DNA of 64,000 nucleotides from the human T2T-CHM13v2.0 reference genome, Homo sapiens: assembly GCF_009914755.1 (NCBI RefSeq), contig NC_060925.1; one strand, 5' to 3'. The translations under genes and the position numbers were made by a program. The notes below the pieces were generated by a model. It saw nothing but the letters and a program-made list of their open reading frames with translations, was not told the DNA's origin and did not search any database. Positions 33,797 to 48,745 of this stretch are shown here, one piece after another. How positions within the stretch are numbered: the first letter of the stretch is position 1; the number at the start of each line of letters is the position of its first letter.

Positions 33797-34654
33797 ATGT
33801 GCTAACCTAAACAATTCACAGGATTTGTTTTTTATTCTCATTTTTTCCTAACCCAACCACCTGGTTCAAGGCACATAGATTAAGAAGGAAAATGGAAATG
33901 GGACTAATATCCCAGGCTTCACTGTCCCTCTTCGGGCCCTGGGGAGGAGACTCCCAAAAGTCTAGACATGTTCACCCACATCCTGTATGTGGTTTCTGGA
34001 AACGAAATGATCATGGCATTTCCTGAACCATGGCTTAACTTTGTGAATCCATAACTCTCTCTTCCCCAGGAGATCCAAAAAGATAGGGTAGGATGTAAAG
34101 GCTTCAATCTGTTTAAATGGATATGAGAGTCCCTGGCTCTCCTTAAAATAAGTAGCATGGATTTTGTCTCTCTGCCTTACTTCCTCACAAACATTCTGAA
34201 TGAGAATAGTTCAAACCATTATTTGTTCAAGTACTTAATCTACTTTGGGACACAAGTTTAATAAATTAAAATATTCTTCTATCTGTTCCCTTTGATCAGT
34301 GAACATAAAGTTATCCTTTGACTCATATTTAAAATGTTCAGTACTACAACACTGAACAATAGTATGGAGGAAAAAAAATGCCAATTTAAGTTTGAACTTG
34401 CTTCACCATTCCTATCCCAACCCCCATGATTAGAAAATCAAAAAGAACACTTTGAGAAATAACCTCAGTGGGGTTAAAAGCCAGAGTCTCCAGGATGTCT
34501 TGTTCTTAAGACAAATAGAAGGAGGTACAAATATAGGATTGCAGACTTGTTTACTTCATTTGTTCTCTATTTGTGTGCATGTGTGTTGGCAGTGCAATTG
34601 AGAATGCTTTCATTTTTGGTGGTGTACTAGAAGGCATTAAAAAACAAAATGAGA

Positions 34655-34900
34655 AGTGGGAATTGAACAATGTGAATACATGGACACAGGGAGGGGAGCA
34701 TCACACTCCGGGGCCTGTTGGTGGGTGGGGGGCTAGGGGCGGGATAGCACTAGGAGAAATACCTAATGTAGGTGACCGGTTGACGGGTGCAGCAAACCGC
34801 CATGGCACATGTATACCTATGTAACAAAACTGCACATTCTGCACATGTACCCCAGAACTTAAAGTATAATAAAAATTAATTAATTGATTAATTAATTTTA
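34655..34900 (+). mobile_element. L1PA 3'UTR
   Basis: GGGAATTGAACAATG...GGAGAAATACCTAATGTA...CCCCAGAACTTAAAGTATAATAAAA. Confidence 0.9.
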
Positions 34901-34911
34901 AAAAACAAAAT

Positions 34912-35205
<294 letters not shown>

Positions 35206-35684
35206 AACCAAAATGATATCGAAGTCACTAATAATTACAACATAATAGCTACTATAATGTAACAATGTGTCAAGTGTCTGCAGAAGGACCCACTGTTGTC
35301 TCACTATTCATTTGATCTCCATTTGGCACTGTTTCGTTGTTTGAATAAAGCTTTATGCTGCCAGGTTTTCCTACATATTTGTAAAACAAAGTTCTCAGCC
35401 ATTCCAATAACCATGACTGTTACTTGACATTGCTTCATTCATGTATAGTACTATCAAGTTTGAGCCTACCCTCACTATGACTAGTTTGGCCCAACCATCT
35501 ATCACAACAGAGGGTCTCAGGTGAAGTAAAATAAATGTTATAAATTCTTCCAAATTTATGGCACACTTTGAACAGTTTGAGACATACTAATTGAGAATTG
35601 CTAACTTTAACATTTTAAGTATAAAATAAGTGTTCAGTTCTTTTTGGTCAGCTTGGATTGCCTTTGGTTCTAGTTATAAATCAT

Positions 35685-35865
35685 TTTCTTTCTTTCTTTC
35701 TTTCTTTTTTTCTTTCTTTCTTTCTTTTTTTCTTTCTTTCTTTCTTTTTCTTTCTTTCCTTCCTTCCTTCCTTCCCTCCTTCCTTCCTTCTTTCTTTCTT
35801 TCTCTTTCTTTCTTTCTCTCTTTCTCTTTCTCTCTCTCTCTCCCTCTGACTCTCTCTCTCTCTCT
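35685..35865. repeat. Compound (TTTC)n/(TTCC)n/(TC)n microsatellite
   Basis: Directly visible; sits at the tail end of the adjacent antisense Alu. Confidence 0.95.
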
Positions 35866-35886
35866 ACCCCGCCCCTTTCTTTCCTA

Positions 35887-36167
<281 letters not shown>

Positions 36168-36580
36168 CTACTTTGATGAATCTTACTGATAAAAGCCCAT
36201 CCATGCATCCATATATTAATACTTATAAGGCATAGAAATACATACAACAGGACTGCATACACACATACATATGTATATATATGACAGCTTCCCTGCACTC
36301 AAGAAGCTTGTGTTGTCTTTTAAAAAAATGAAATTTATAGGAAAAACTGTAACTCATCTTTGATTTATATAAAAATGTGTCATAAGATAATAAAAAAGAG
36401 AAATCCCATCCAACTGAGAAGGCATGGAAGAGAAAATGACAAAGTCCCAAGAATGTGAAATTTGGGAAGGTGATAGACAATTCTTTGACAAGTGGAAAAT
36501 GTCCCTCTGAATTCTATAAGAGTGTAATCTCTGGAAGTAGTAATCTAATTGGGTAGTTGACCTGTGTATTTAGAATGTAA

Positions 36581-36748
<168 letters not shown>

Positions 36749-38734
36749 TAATAAAAATCTTAACCGAATTCCTTCTGTGCAATCTGTACTTCACATGGCT
36801 GAAGACAGCCATAATGTTCTCAGATATTCCTATGGGGTTCCTGGCAACTCTTTCTTTAAGTTCTTTCTTATCCTGGGATGTGTCTTTTCTAATTCTAGGG
36901 GCCTAAATACGTAAAAGGCTTCAAACTTGATTTTACTTCAATAAACTTGAAATTATGTTGGTTCTACCACCTCCAGTATAATAATCATCCTGCTTGGCAA
37001 ATCAGTAAAGATTTTAAAAATTGATACTCTTCAAGGTTAGCGAAGCTGTGGAAGAACCTGGACTCTCATGTACCACGAGATCAACACATCCTCTTGAAAG
37101 GCCCCATGCACTATAAACCTCAGAAGTGGGCATGTATTTTAACCTATTTCTTAGAATTTGTACTTAGGAAATAATCACACACTTTTTAAAGCAGTTTGGT
37201 ATAAACTTTTCATTGCAGCATTATTTATATTAGTTAAAATGTTAGAGTAACCTAAATATTTTAAACTATGGTTTGGAAATAATCTACTAGTAGGAAAAAG
37301 ATGTGTTCAAATGACCATTACAAAGAATTCCCTAAGAAACATGAAATAGCTATGCAGAATGAAAATAAGTATATCCATACACTGGCATGGTATTCAGCCA
37401 TAAAAAATGATAGCATAAAGAAGCACTTAATGACTAGAAAGAGATGTGTTTTATGTGGAAAAAGAATCAGATGAACGGCATATATGGCAAGATCTCATTT
37501 TATTAAAAAAAAATACACCTATGTAGTGAGGGCCAGGCTGAGGCTGAGAGAAATGCAGTGTATAACATCTTTGTCTTACTCTTCTCTTTGGATAACTTGG
37601 GGACTTCTTTACTTTTCTTCTTGGTATTTAAAAATGTTGTTACTTTTACTAGAAAGTTTACGAGCTTCAGAATCTAAATTTACAAATGACATTGGTCACA
37701 CATTTATTGCTGTTTATCCACTTTAAGAAACAGTTTTGCTATTTTGTAAAACAAATTGGGAAACCTTCCATCTTATTTGAAATCTGTAATAAGATAACAT
37801 GGAATTGGAATAGGAATTTTCTTGGAAATATTAAAAAAAATTAGTAAAATAGAAAAAACAAACAATATAATAATACACCTATACCTATATCTATATTTTT
37901 ATCTCTGTTTCTACTTCTGTAAACTCTCTATACCCAAATCCTGGTAAATGGCTGTAAGTCTTCTTGGAGAAGACTAGGGGAAGATTTACAATACATGCTT
38001 TTGACTGCGTAGCATGGTGCTTCCTCAAGAGAATCCAGTCTCCCATCCGTTGGTGCTGCTCTGGGTCTATAAACTATTCAAGTCTAGGAATTGTTGATGA
38101 ACAATGAACTTCTTTTGCAATAATTCAAGTCAGACTTCAATTCACTTGACCTAAATCTCTTATGCTTATACAAATCAAATAACACCTTAGTCGGCTATCC
38201 CTCTACTTCGGTTTTAGAGACTCCATGATCAATTAGCCCAATAACAATGTTCTCTTCAGTCAAATCATTCTGATTGCTGTTTCAGTTCTAATAGCCATTA
38301 CAATTGTCTCTGGCAATTAAGTGCTGCCAATTGGACTCTGTCACCCTGAGCTCCTTTGGTCCCCAAGTGAATTCAGAGAACCCAGTTCAATGGCAACAGT
38401 TCCCACTGTCATTCCTGGCCTACAGAGAATGAGCCATCGCAGAGGATGCTGAAACTCCCCGTGTGAATGTTTTTCTCAAGCCTCCAGTAAAAGGTCTGTC
38501 TTCTGAACCCTCCACTCCTGCATGTGCCTCACCAGCTCTATCCAAGGATGTGACTTTCAGAGTGGAATGGCTGTTGCTTAACCTCTGCCTCTCAAATATC
38601 AGGCTAATTTCTCATGCTGTAACCCTAGTCCAGAACCATACAGAGAAACTAAGTCTGGAAAACTTAATTCCAAATTGGCCTGGTTGACACTGTACAAAAC
38701 CACCAGATAATTATAATTTTATTTAACTCTTTGT

Positions 38735-38965
38735 CTTCTTTTCTTTCCTTCCCTCCTTCCCTTCTGCCTGCCTGCTTGCCTTCCTTCTTTGCTTGCTTCC
38801 TTCCTTCCTCCCTCCCTCCATCCCTCCCTTCCTCCCTCCCTCCCTTCCTTCCTTCCTTCCTTCCTTCCTTCCTTCCTTCCTTCCTTCCTTCCTTCCCTCC
38901 TTCCCTCCTTCCCTCCTTCCCTCCTTCCCTCCTTCCCTCCTTTCCTTCTCCTTATTTTCTTTCTT
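38735..38965. repeat. (CCTT)n/(CCCT)n polypyrimidine microsatellite
   Basis: Directly visible. Confidence 0.95.
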
Positions 38966-39467
38966 CTTTACCACACGGCTAGGACCACCAGTATAACATT
39001 GAACATTGGTAGCAATAGATGTCATCCTTGTCTTGTTCCACATCTCAAAGGGAAGGATTAAAACATTTCACCATTAACCTGGTGTTTACAGTAGGCTTTT
39101 TGTAGGTAACCATTTTTGAATTAAGGACATTCTCATACACTCTTCATTATTAAAAATTTTTTGTCTTTGAAACATGTTGAAGTTTATCGAGCACTTTAGT
39201 TATATGTATCGATGTAATCATATCTGTTTCTCTTTTTTCTGTTAATGTAACAAACTGTTTTGAGTACATTTTTGAAAGGCAAATAATTTTGAATTTCAAT
39301 TTTACATTCTTAAAATCAACTAAGTCAATACTTAATCATTTTTATATATAACAAATACCCTTTTATAATACATTTTATATGTTTCTATTAAAGTATAATT
39401 CATGTATCATAAAAGTTACCTTTTCAAATTACACAATTCAGTGGTATTTAGTATATTCATAAAGTTG

Positions 39468-39790
39468 TATATTACGGTCTGAATGTTTGAGTCCACCCCA
39501 AATCCATATGTTGAAATCTTTACCCCTAAGGTGATGACATTAGGGAGTGAGGCCTTTGGAAGGTGATGAGATCATGAGAGCAGAGCTGTCACGAATGGGA
39601 TTAGCGTCCTAATAAAAGAGGCCCAGAAGAGCTCCTTTGCCCCTCCTGCCATGGGAAGAAATGCTGAATCTGCCAGAGAGGTTGGTCCTGAACTCCTTAG
39701 CCTCCACAACTATGAGAAATAAATTTTTGTTGTGTATGAGCTAACCAGTTTATAGTATTTTGTTATAACAGCCCAAATAGACTAAGACAT
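39468..39790. mobile_element. MLT1A-type LTR
   Basis: CTGAATGTTTG..CCCAAATCCATATGTTGAAATC...TTTTGTTATAACAGCCCAAATAGACTAAGACA. Confidence 0.85.
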
Positions 39791-40730
39791 TGGGCAACCA
39801 GCACCGCCAATTAATTCCGGAACACTTTCATCATCCCATTCCTGTTTTAGAGATTAGACTGTAATTTTCTTTCTTGTAATGTCCTCATAAGATTTTGATA
39901 TCAAACTTATGACAGTCTTATAAAGCCAGCTGGTAGTGTTTCATATATTTGCTTCCTTGTAAGAGTTTATATAAAATTGGTATTATTTCTTCTTTAAATG
40001 TTTAAAAGAATTCACTGGAAAAGCCATATAGCCTGGAGTTTACTTTGTTGGGAGGTCTTTTTTTATTCCAACAATTTTCTTGTACCATGTAGACTTTTTG
40101 CTGAAGTATAACATATATATGTAGTAAAGTGCACACATCTTAATTATGCAGTTCAGTAGATATTTACAAATTAAATGCACCCATGTAAGTGGCACTCAGA
40201 TTAAGATATAGAACATTATCAGCACCCCAGAAGCCTTCCTGATGCCCTTTCCCAGTTATCTTCCCAAAGTAACCGCTATTCTGATTTATAACACTAATAG
40301 TTTTGCTGCTTCCTAAATTTTATAAAGGAATCAAAAAATAGGTACTCTTCTGTGTCCGGCTTCTGCTCAGTGTTATATTTGGAAGTCACTTTTGTTGCTG
40401 CATGAAGGATGGTCAGTTTTTTTATTATTATATTGTATTTCACTGATGATCTTGAGTACCTTTTCATATGTTTGTGAAGGGCCTATTCCAAACTTTTGTC
40501 TGTTATTTACTGGTTTGTCTATGATTTTATTGTTTTGTAGAAGTTGTTTAAATATTCTCTTGTTTTCTAATAAATGTAACACAAATGTTGTCTTTCAGGC
40601 TGTGGCTTTTCTTTTTCTTTTTCCCTTCTTAATGATGTCTTCTGTTGTAGTAAGTTCTACATTTTAATAATATTCAATTTATGGGTCTTTTTTTCCAGTT
40701 ACTGCTTTTTCTATTCTACTTAGGCAATTG

Positions 40731-41017
40731 GGCCAGGTGAGGTGGCTCACGTCTATAATCCTAGCACTTTGGGAGGCCAAGGCAGGAGGATTGCTTGAAG
40801 CCAGGAGTTCGAGACCAGCCTGGGCAACAAAGCGAGACCCTGTCTCTACAAAAAATAAAATAAAATTAGCTGGGCTCAGTGGCACATGCCTGTAAGTCCC
40901 AGCTACTTGGGAGCCTGAGGTGGGAGGATCCCTTGAGCACAGGGGTTCAAGGCTTCAGTGGGTTATGATGGTACCACTGCACTCCAGTCCAGGTGACAGA
41001 GTGAGACCCTGTTTCTT
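40731..41017 (+). mobile_element. AluJ
   Basis: GGCCAGGTGAGGTGGCTCACG...GGAGGATTGCTTGA. Confidence 0.88.
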
Positions 41018-43344
41018 ATGGATAGGCAATTGATCTAATATCATTTATTAAATGTTGCACCATGGCCATAAGTCAGGTGACCTATATGTGGATGTCATTC
41101 CAGGGAGGTTCTGTTCCACTGGTTTATTTGCCATACATTGTGTTTTTGTTTGGTTTAGTTTTTTGCCATACTATAATGGCAAAAAAAACTGTAGCATTAC
41201 ATTAAGATTTTAATTACTATAGCATGACATTAATATTTGATATCTGGTGGCATATATCTTCTAACTATGTGCATCTTCAAGATTTACTTGGTGATTCTTG
41301 GCACTTTGCATTACCATATAAAATTTAGAATCAGCTTGTCAATTTCCACAAAAAGAATCCTACTTGAATTTGTATTGAGTTTCTATTGACTTAGTACATC
41401 AATTTGTAGACATTAACAAATTTAGTTTTGAAGTTTAAATTTATGAACATGATATATCCTCCCATTTTTGAAGTCTTCTTTAATTTCTTTTAAAAATATT
41501 TGTTAATTTACCTTATAGAAGTCATGTACATCTTTCATTATCTTTATTACTACATATTATTTTTAAAATTTTATTCTCTATTTACTTCTTAGATATGCAC
41601 TGGTTTCACCTCAGCTCCAGCAATTTTATTAAATTTACTTTTAAATTGAATAGTTTTTCTGTATATCTTTTGAAGTTGCTGCATAATTATGTCATCTATG
41701 AATCTGACAAAGTTTTTAAATCTTTTCCTTTCTTATGTCTTTTGTTTATTTCATCTGCTTTATTGCATTGGCTAGAACCTCCAGTACAACATTGAATAGA
41801 AGAGATGATACAAGCCTTTTAATGGTTATCACAAATCATGATGTATGCTGTAGATTTTTGTATGATATCCTTTATTAGATTAAGGAAACTCCCCTTTACT
41901 TCTGATTGCTAAAAGATTTATCATGAATGTTCATTCTAATTGATCACTCTGCATGTATTGAGATTATCATGTTTCTTTTTCACTCTGTTAATGTAATATA
42001 TTACATTGATTGATCTTTAAAGGGCAAACAAACTCTGAATTCCTAGAATCAACCTATGTTGCTTGTGATGTGTTATAGATGATTATCCTATCAATGAAAT
42101 GTGTGTGAGTGTGTGTGTGGTGTGTGTGTGCAGGATTGCTCATATTTTTATTGTAACGTTGTAACATTGATTTAATATTTAAAATCAGTCAAGGTAAACC
42201 TCACTTTGATCATTGTATCATCCTTTGGAAATATTGCTGGATTCAGTTTCATAATATTTTGTTTAGAAAATTTGCATTTATGTTCTCAAGAGATCTTTGG
42301 TTATAATTTGGTTTTATTTTAATGTCCTTATCAGGTTTGGGCATCAAGATTATGTTGGGCTAGTAAAATGTGTTAAAAATTGTTTATTTTTTTCTAGTCT
42401 CCGGAATAATTTGTGTAACATTAATATTATTTTTCCTTATATGTTTGGAAGAATTCAGCAATGAAGCAATCTGGACCTGAGGGTTTGTTGTTGTTGTTGT
42501 TAGGTTTTAAATTAGTGATTCAATTTCTTTAATAGCTATAAAAGTATTATTTTATATCGTATTGAATTAGTTTGGGTAAGTTATATTTTTCAAGGAATTT
42601 ACTCATTTTATTTAAATTTTCTAGGTTATTAGCATAATGCTATTTATTATATCCTCAGAAATCCTTTGGATGTCTGTAAATTCTGTAGTGGTACTCCTAT
42701 GCTAATTAATTTCTGATATTGGTAATATCTTTTTGCTTCTTTTTCCTTAATTAGTTTTACTGGGGCTTTATCAAGTTTACTAAGCTTTTCATATAAACTA
42801 CTTTTAACTTTCTTGTTTTTTCTTTAAAGTGTGACTATTTTCTCTTTTACTGATTTCTGCTTATTTTCTTCTACTTTCTTTAAGCTTTGTGTACTCCTCC
42901 ACTCCTAAATTCTTGATATTGATTAGATAATTTGTTTTCAACCTTTATTTTTCTAATATATACATTTAACCTATACATTTTTCTCTAAAACTATTTTACT
43001 TCCCACAATCTTTATATTTTTATTATCATTGTACATAAAAGTTTTCTAATTTACCTTTTGATGTCTTCTTTGACCCATAGGCTATTTAGAAGGGCATTGC
43101 TTAATTTCTAAATATTTGGAGATCTTCTAGTTATCATTCTTTCATTAATTCAATCATTTGAGACATGGTTTATGGCCCAGAATATGGATGATTTTGGTAA
43201 AATGTTACATATGCACTTGAAAAGACTGTACAGTTATTTTGTTTCATTTTCTAGAAATGTCATTTAGGAAAATGTGGTTTAGAACAGACTTTTTTTCTCC
43301 CTCCACTTGTTCTCTCAGTTATGGAGAAGCATGTGTAAAATATC

Positions 43345-43808
43345 TGTATTAGTTTCCCAGGGCTGCTGTAACAAATTACCACAAACTTGGTGGCTTCAAA
43401 GAAGAGAAATTTACTCTCTCAACAGTTTGGAGGCCAGAAATCCAGTTAAGATGTCAATAGGATTGGTTCCATCTGCAAGCTGTTCTGTGCCTCTCTTCAG
43501 GCTTCCTTCCAGTGGCTGCTGGCAATCGTTGATGTTCCTTGGCTTGTAGATGCATCATTTCGTTTTCCGCCTCCATCTTCAAGTCGCCTTCTCCTCTGTG
43601 TGTGTCCTTTGCTCTTCTGGCTCCTGTAAAGACACTGGACATGGATTTAGAAGCCACCCTGGCAATCCAGAATGGTCTCAACTCAAGATCATTAATTTGA
43701 TTGTATCTACAAAGACTCTCCAAACTGGGTCACATTCACAGGTTTCAGAGATTAGGTTAGGACACAGATATTTTTTAAGGAGGACAGTGGTTATTCAACC
43801 CATTACAA
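43345..43808. mobile_element. MLT1-type LTR
   Basis: TGTATTAGTTTCCCAGGGCTGCTGTAACAAATTACCACAAAC...ATTCAACCCATTACA. Confidence 0.85.
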
Positions 43809-44561
43809 TCCCCAACTATGACTATGAATTTGCCTGTCTTTCCTCTTTGTTCTAGCAATCTTTAAGCAATCTTTACTTTATGTATTTTAAACATGTTATT
43901 AAATGCATGTTTAAATAATTGCATTTGTTAAATTTTTTGTTTATTCTTTCTGCTGAATTGACTGTTTTATCATAATGAAATGTCTCTCTTTACCTCTCAT
44001 AATACTTCTTGCCTTAAAATCTACTTTGTACATTAATATAGCTATATCAGCTTTCTTTCTTGTATTTATATTATATATATTTCAAATCTTTTACTTTCAG
44101 CCCTTCTTTGTCTTATATTTAAAGCTTGTCTGTTATAAACATCATATGGTAAAGTTTTGTTGTTTTATTCAGTCTTTCTTTGTTGTTCATTAGTGTTTGA
44201 AACATTTAAATTTAATAATAAAAAGTTAAAATTATAAATAAATAAATTTAATCTAGTTACTGATAAGTCTAACTCTTGGTTATTTGTTTTCTATTTGTTT
44301 CATGTGTTTGTGCCTTTATTCCTCATTTCTCACATTTTTGAATTCATCAAGTATTTTTATTATTCTATTTTCCCCAGTAGCTTTTAAGTTATATTTCATT
44401 TTTTATTCTTAAATCACTACTCTAGAGACAGACATCCTTGATTTACTATAGTCTACTAAAATTGTGCTTTTACCAGTCTCCAAACAACGCAAGTACCCAA
44501 ACTATTAATATTTAATTCCATTTGTGTCCTCCTCCTCTTTTTGTATTGTTGCCATACGTTT

Positions 44562-44954
44562 TGTAAAAAGAAAAGCTTCAGCTGAATTAAATTTAAAAGA
44601 GTTTAATTGAGCAATGAACGATTCGCAAATCAGGCAGCCTTCCAAGCCAAAGTAAGCTCAGAGACTCCTGCCCAGCTGCGTGGTGGAAGAGGATTTACGG
44701 ACAGAAAAAGGAAACTGACGTACAGAAAACAGAAGTGAGGTACAGAAACAGCCCGATTGGTTATAGCTCAGCGTTTGGCTTATTTGAAGACAGTTCAAAC
44801 AGTTAGCCACATTTGATTGGCCAAAACTCGGTGATTGGCATAAGAGTAACCTACGGTCTGTTTACATCTTCACTCGTTATAATTCGCAGTTTACAGAGAA
44901 ACCTTTAGGCTGAGCTTAAACTATGTAAGGCTTTAGGCTAAACTTGATTTAACA
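44562..44954 (-). mobile_element. ERV1 LTR (MER57-like)
   Basis: Reverse complement begins TGTTAAATCAAGTTTAGCCTAAAG; repeated GATTGG boxes. Confidence 0.75.
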
Positions 44955-45032
44955 ATTTACATATGTTATATATTTCAAAGACGTAATTGTTGTTGTTGTC
45001 TTTATAAAAATAATATCTATTTATATTTACAC

Positions 45033-45605
45033 CGTAGTGAATTCTTAGAATTTTTATGTTGCCTCAGCATCCATTTAGAATATGTTTAGCTTTCTCATGC
45101 CAGAAGCAGGGCTTAGTCACCCTTAATGCCCTTTCTAGTTCTGTACCTCCTCCCAATTTTGCAACGTGGTCGAGCCAGATATCTGCTTTATACAACTGCC
45201 TCCTGGTGACCACCTCTCCATGGGACAGCTAGATAAAACCTACTTGACTAGCGTCCCTGCCCTCTGTGCCCTGCATGGACTTCGCAGTTATGCTGCCGTG
45301 ACCACCTCTCAGTCGCAGCATGACTGCCTGGAACATGTGCCTGCTTTCTTTAAACTCACCAATTAGAACTCCCCATGGGAGATACCTTGGCTTGTAGATG
45401 CAAGATGCTGGGTCATACTCTGGTCCCCAATAAAGGCATTGGCCGATGGATCCCCTTCTCTCTCTCTCTCTACGTTCCTCGCACTGACCAACCTCTTTGT
45501 GATCTTCAGGCGTGCCATACCCCCAGCCCGTAATAAAATCTTTACTGCCATCTTGTGTTTCTTGTAATGACTGAAGAGGTTTTCTCTATCATAAAGATCC
45601 TAAAT
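45033..45605 (+). mobile_element. ERV1-type LTR (LTR9-like)
   Basis: GTAGTGAATTCT..TTTTATGTTGCCTCAGCATCCATTT...CCCAATAAAGGC...GTAATAAAATC. Confidence 0.55.
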
Positions 45606-45864
45606 GAAAACATACCCGCATATGAGCTCTTTCTGGTGTGTTTCCTTCTTATTGCAATTCTATCAATCCTATATGAAACTATTTTCCTTCAGCCTGAAAA
45701 AGTCTCTTTGGCATTTTTGTATTGTAGATCTTCTGACAACAAATTCTTTAAACATTTTTCTAATTGTGGTTCCTTTGAAGGTTATTGTCTATGTTTCCTG
45801 CTGCTTTTATGGATTACACTTTAAAATAGATTTTTTACAATATTACTATGTTGTGTCTAGGTAA

Positions 45865-46161
<297 letters not shown>

Positions 46162-47092
46162 TAGCTTTTTGAATCTGTAATCTTGCATCAGTCTTGGAAA
46201 TTTCTCAGTTATTACTTCTTCAAATGTTGTTTATGTCTATTATCTCCTCTCATGGCAGGACTTCACTTAAACATGCTAGGCTTTATTCTTCTATATCTTG
46301 GTCTGTATGTTTAACATGCATTTAAGGAGTTTTTGTGGACTAATATATGACCACTTTTACACAGATATCATGTTATTATATCAAACTTAGATTTGAGTAA
46401 ATGAGTTGATAAGTTTTATACCTCTTGTGTGTTGTGAAATATTGAAATTACATTTGGAAGCATCTGTTACTTGAAAGTTCAATAGAGCTTATCTTTTTTT
46501 TTTTATTCTTACATGTTTGTTGGGTAATTCTAGCTTTCTAAATCTTTTTGAATGAATATTGGCAATTTATATTTCCATTTATATCATTTAGATTTTCAAA
46601 ATATTTAACCCCCAGTAGTCTACAGTTTTATAAATATTCTCATATTCATAAAAATGTTTAAATTCCTTTTCCTACTGTGTATATTTGTGTCTTCTCTCTT
46701 CCCTTATACTTTATCTTTTGGCAAAGGTTTTTATATTTTATTTTTCTAAAAAGGCTAACCTCAGTTATTAACAAAAATGCAAATTAAGAAAGCAAATGAA
46801 AAGAGTAGGAGAACACTGTATAAACTCTATAATACTATAATCAAAGGGCTATTTAAAATGAAAAGAATGTGGATGGAGTTAATAAATGCATGCAAATATT
46901 ATAGGAAATCATATAAGTAAGAAAGGCAGGACACATCATATTATCCCCACCAAAATTACAACTTTGTAAAAATGTACCTACGTGTTAGCAAAGAATAAAA
47001 GCAAATAATGAATGTAAAAATAGTTACAGTTTAGTGACTCGTGAGATTTTTGTCATTCATTATTTAAATTGACTGTGCTCTTCCTTTCCCAG

Positions 47093-47491
47093 GAATTATT
47101 TGTGGGCTACCCCCCACCATCGCCAATGGAGATTTCACTAGCATCAGCAGAGAGTATTTTCACTATGGATCAGTGGTGACCTACCACTGCAATCTTGGAA
47201 GCAGAGGGAAAAAGGTGTTTGAGCTTGTGGGTGAGCCCTCCATATACTGCACCAGCAAAGATGATCAAGTGGGCATCTGGAGTGGCCCAGCCCCTCAGTG
47301 CATTATACCTAACAAATGCACGCCTCCAAATGTGGAAAATGGAATATTGGTATCTGACAACAGAAGCTTATTTTCCTTAAATGAAGTTGTGGAGTTTAGG
47401 TGTCAGCCTGGCTTTGGCATGAAAGGGCCCTCCCATGTGAAGTGCCAGGCCCTGAACAAATGGGAGCCAGAGTTACCAAGCTGCTCCAGGG
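47093..47491 (+). CDS. CR1L: CR1L CCP3-4 exon
   Basis: ccag|GAATT...CCAGGG|gtgagt, 399 bp; [14 protein letters not shown]...[16 protein letters not shown]. Confidence 0.96.
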
Positions 47492-47861
47492 GTGAGTCTG
47501 ACTGAGGCCTAGAAGGGCCCTGCCAGTGACATGCATTGCTGTTGGATCAGGAGATTAGTATTTGTTCAGGGGGAGGGATTTGTGCTGAGCAGGGTCGAGA
47601 AGCAAATTTTCTAGGTAGTGAACATGAAATTCAGAAGGTGTGTGTACATGCAGATGTGCTGAAATGAAGAAGCAAAGCTAAACCTGGACAAGGAACGTGA
47701 TGTTTCTTTGGAGTTCTTATAAGCAAATCTATTAATTACCTTTGAGTATAATAACTGCTGATAGAAAATGAGTGATTCTTCCAGCCAGGCACCATAATAC
47801 AGGCTACATGTGAATTTTAATCCTTAAAACAAAGTTATTAGGTAGTTACCAGTTTTTCTAG

Positions 47862-48168
47862 GTTTGTCTGTTTTGTTTTGCTTGAGACAGGGTCTTGATC
47901 TGTCACTCAAGTTGGACTGCAGAGGTGAGATCATGGCTTACTGCAACCGCCACCTCCCTGGCTCAAGCAATTCTCCTGCCTGAGCCTCCCAAGCAGCTGG
48001 GACTACAGGTGCATGCTACCACACCTGGTTAAATTTTTTATATTTTTTTTATAGAGATCGAATCTCACCATGTTTCCCAGGCTTGTCTCGAACACCTGAG
48101 CTGAAGCAATCCACCCACCTGGGCCTCCCAAAGTGCTGAGATTATAGGCATGAGCCACTGTGCCTGGC
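47862..48168 (-). mobile_element. AluJ
   Basis: GAGACAGGGTCTTG...GAGCCACTGTGCCTGGCC. Confidence 0.88.
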
Positions 48169-48355
48169 CTCTATGTTTTGCAGAGAAAATGTGCCTTAGA
48201 GAAATCGGATAACTTTCTAAGATATTAACTTGCAGACTGAAGACTGAAACGCAAGTCCACCCGACTCCAGAGACTTGGCTTTGCTAGTCAGCATCCAGTC
48301 AGGAAATCAAAACTTACTCTAGATACTTTCAAGGAGGGAGGGATTTCATGCAGGC

Positions 48356-48745
48356 TGTATTAGACTGTTCTCACATTGTATAAAGAACTACCTGAGACTG
48401 GGTAATTTATAAAGAAAAGAGGTTTAATTAACTCTCAGTTCTGCAGGCTATACAGGAGGAATGACTGAAGACTCCTCAGGAAACTTACAATCATGGTGGA
48501 AGGCAAAGAGGAAGCATGTATATTTTCATATGGCTGGCAGGAGACAGCAACTAGGGAGGTGCTACACATTTTAAACAAGCAGATCTCAAGAGAACTATAT
48601 CACAATACAGCACTAGGGTGATGGTGATAAACCATTAGAAACCACCCCCATGATCCAGTCACTTCCCACTAGGCTCCTCCTCCAACACTGGGAATTACAA
48701 TTTGACATGAGATTTGGGTGGGGACACAGAGACAAACCATATCAC
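48356..48745. mobile_element. MaLR LTR (MSTA-like)
   Basis: TGTATTAG...CCTGAGACTGGGTAATTTATAAAG...GAGATTTGGGTGGGGACACAG..AAACCATATCA. Confidence 0.88.

Larger units (their letters stand above)
38980..43300 (-). mobile_element. Fragmented old L1M with nested MLT1 and Alu
   Basis: T-rich antisense L1 motifs (CATCCTTGTCTTGTTCC, TTTAGAATCAGCTTGTC, TTTGGAAGAATTCA, TTATGGCCCAGAATATGG). Confidence 0.7.
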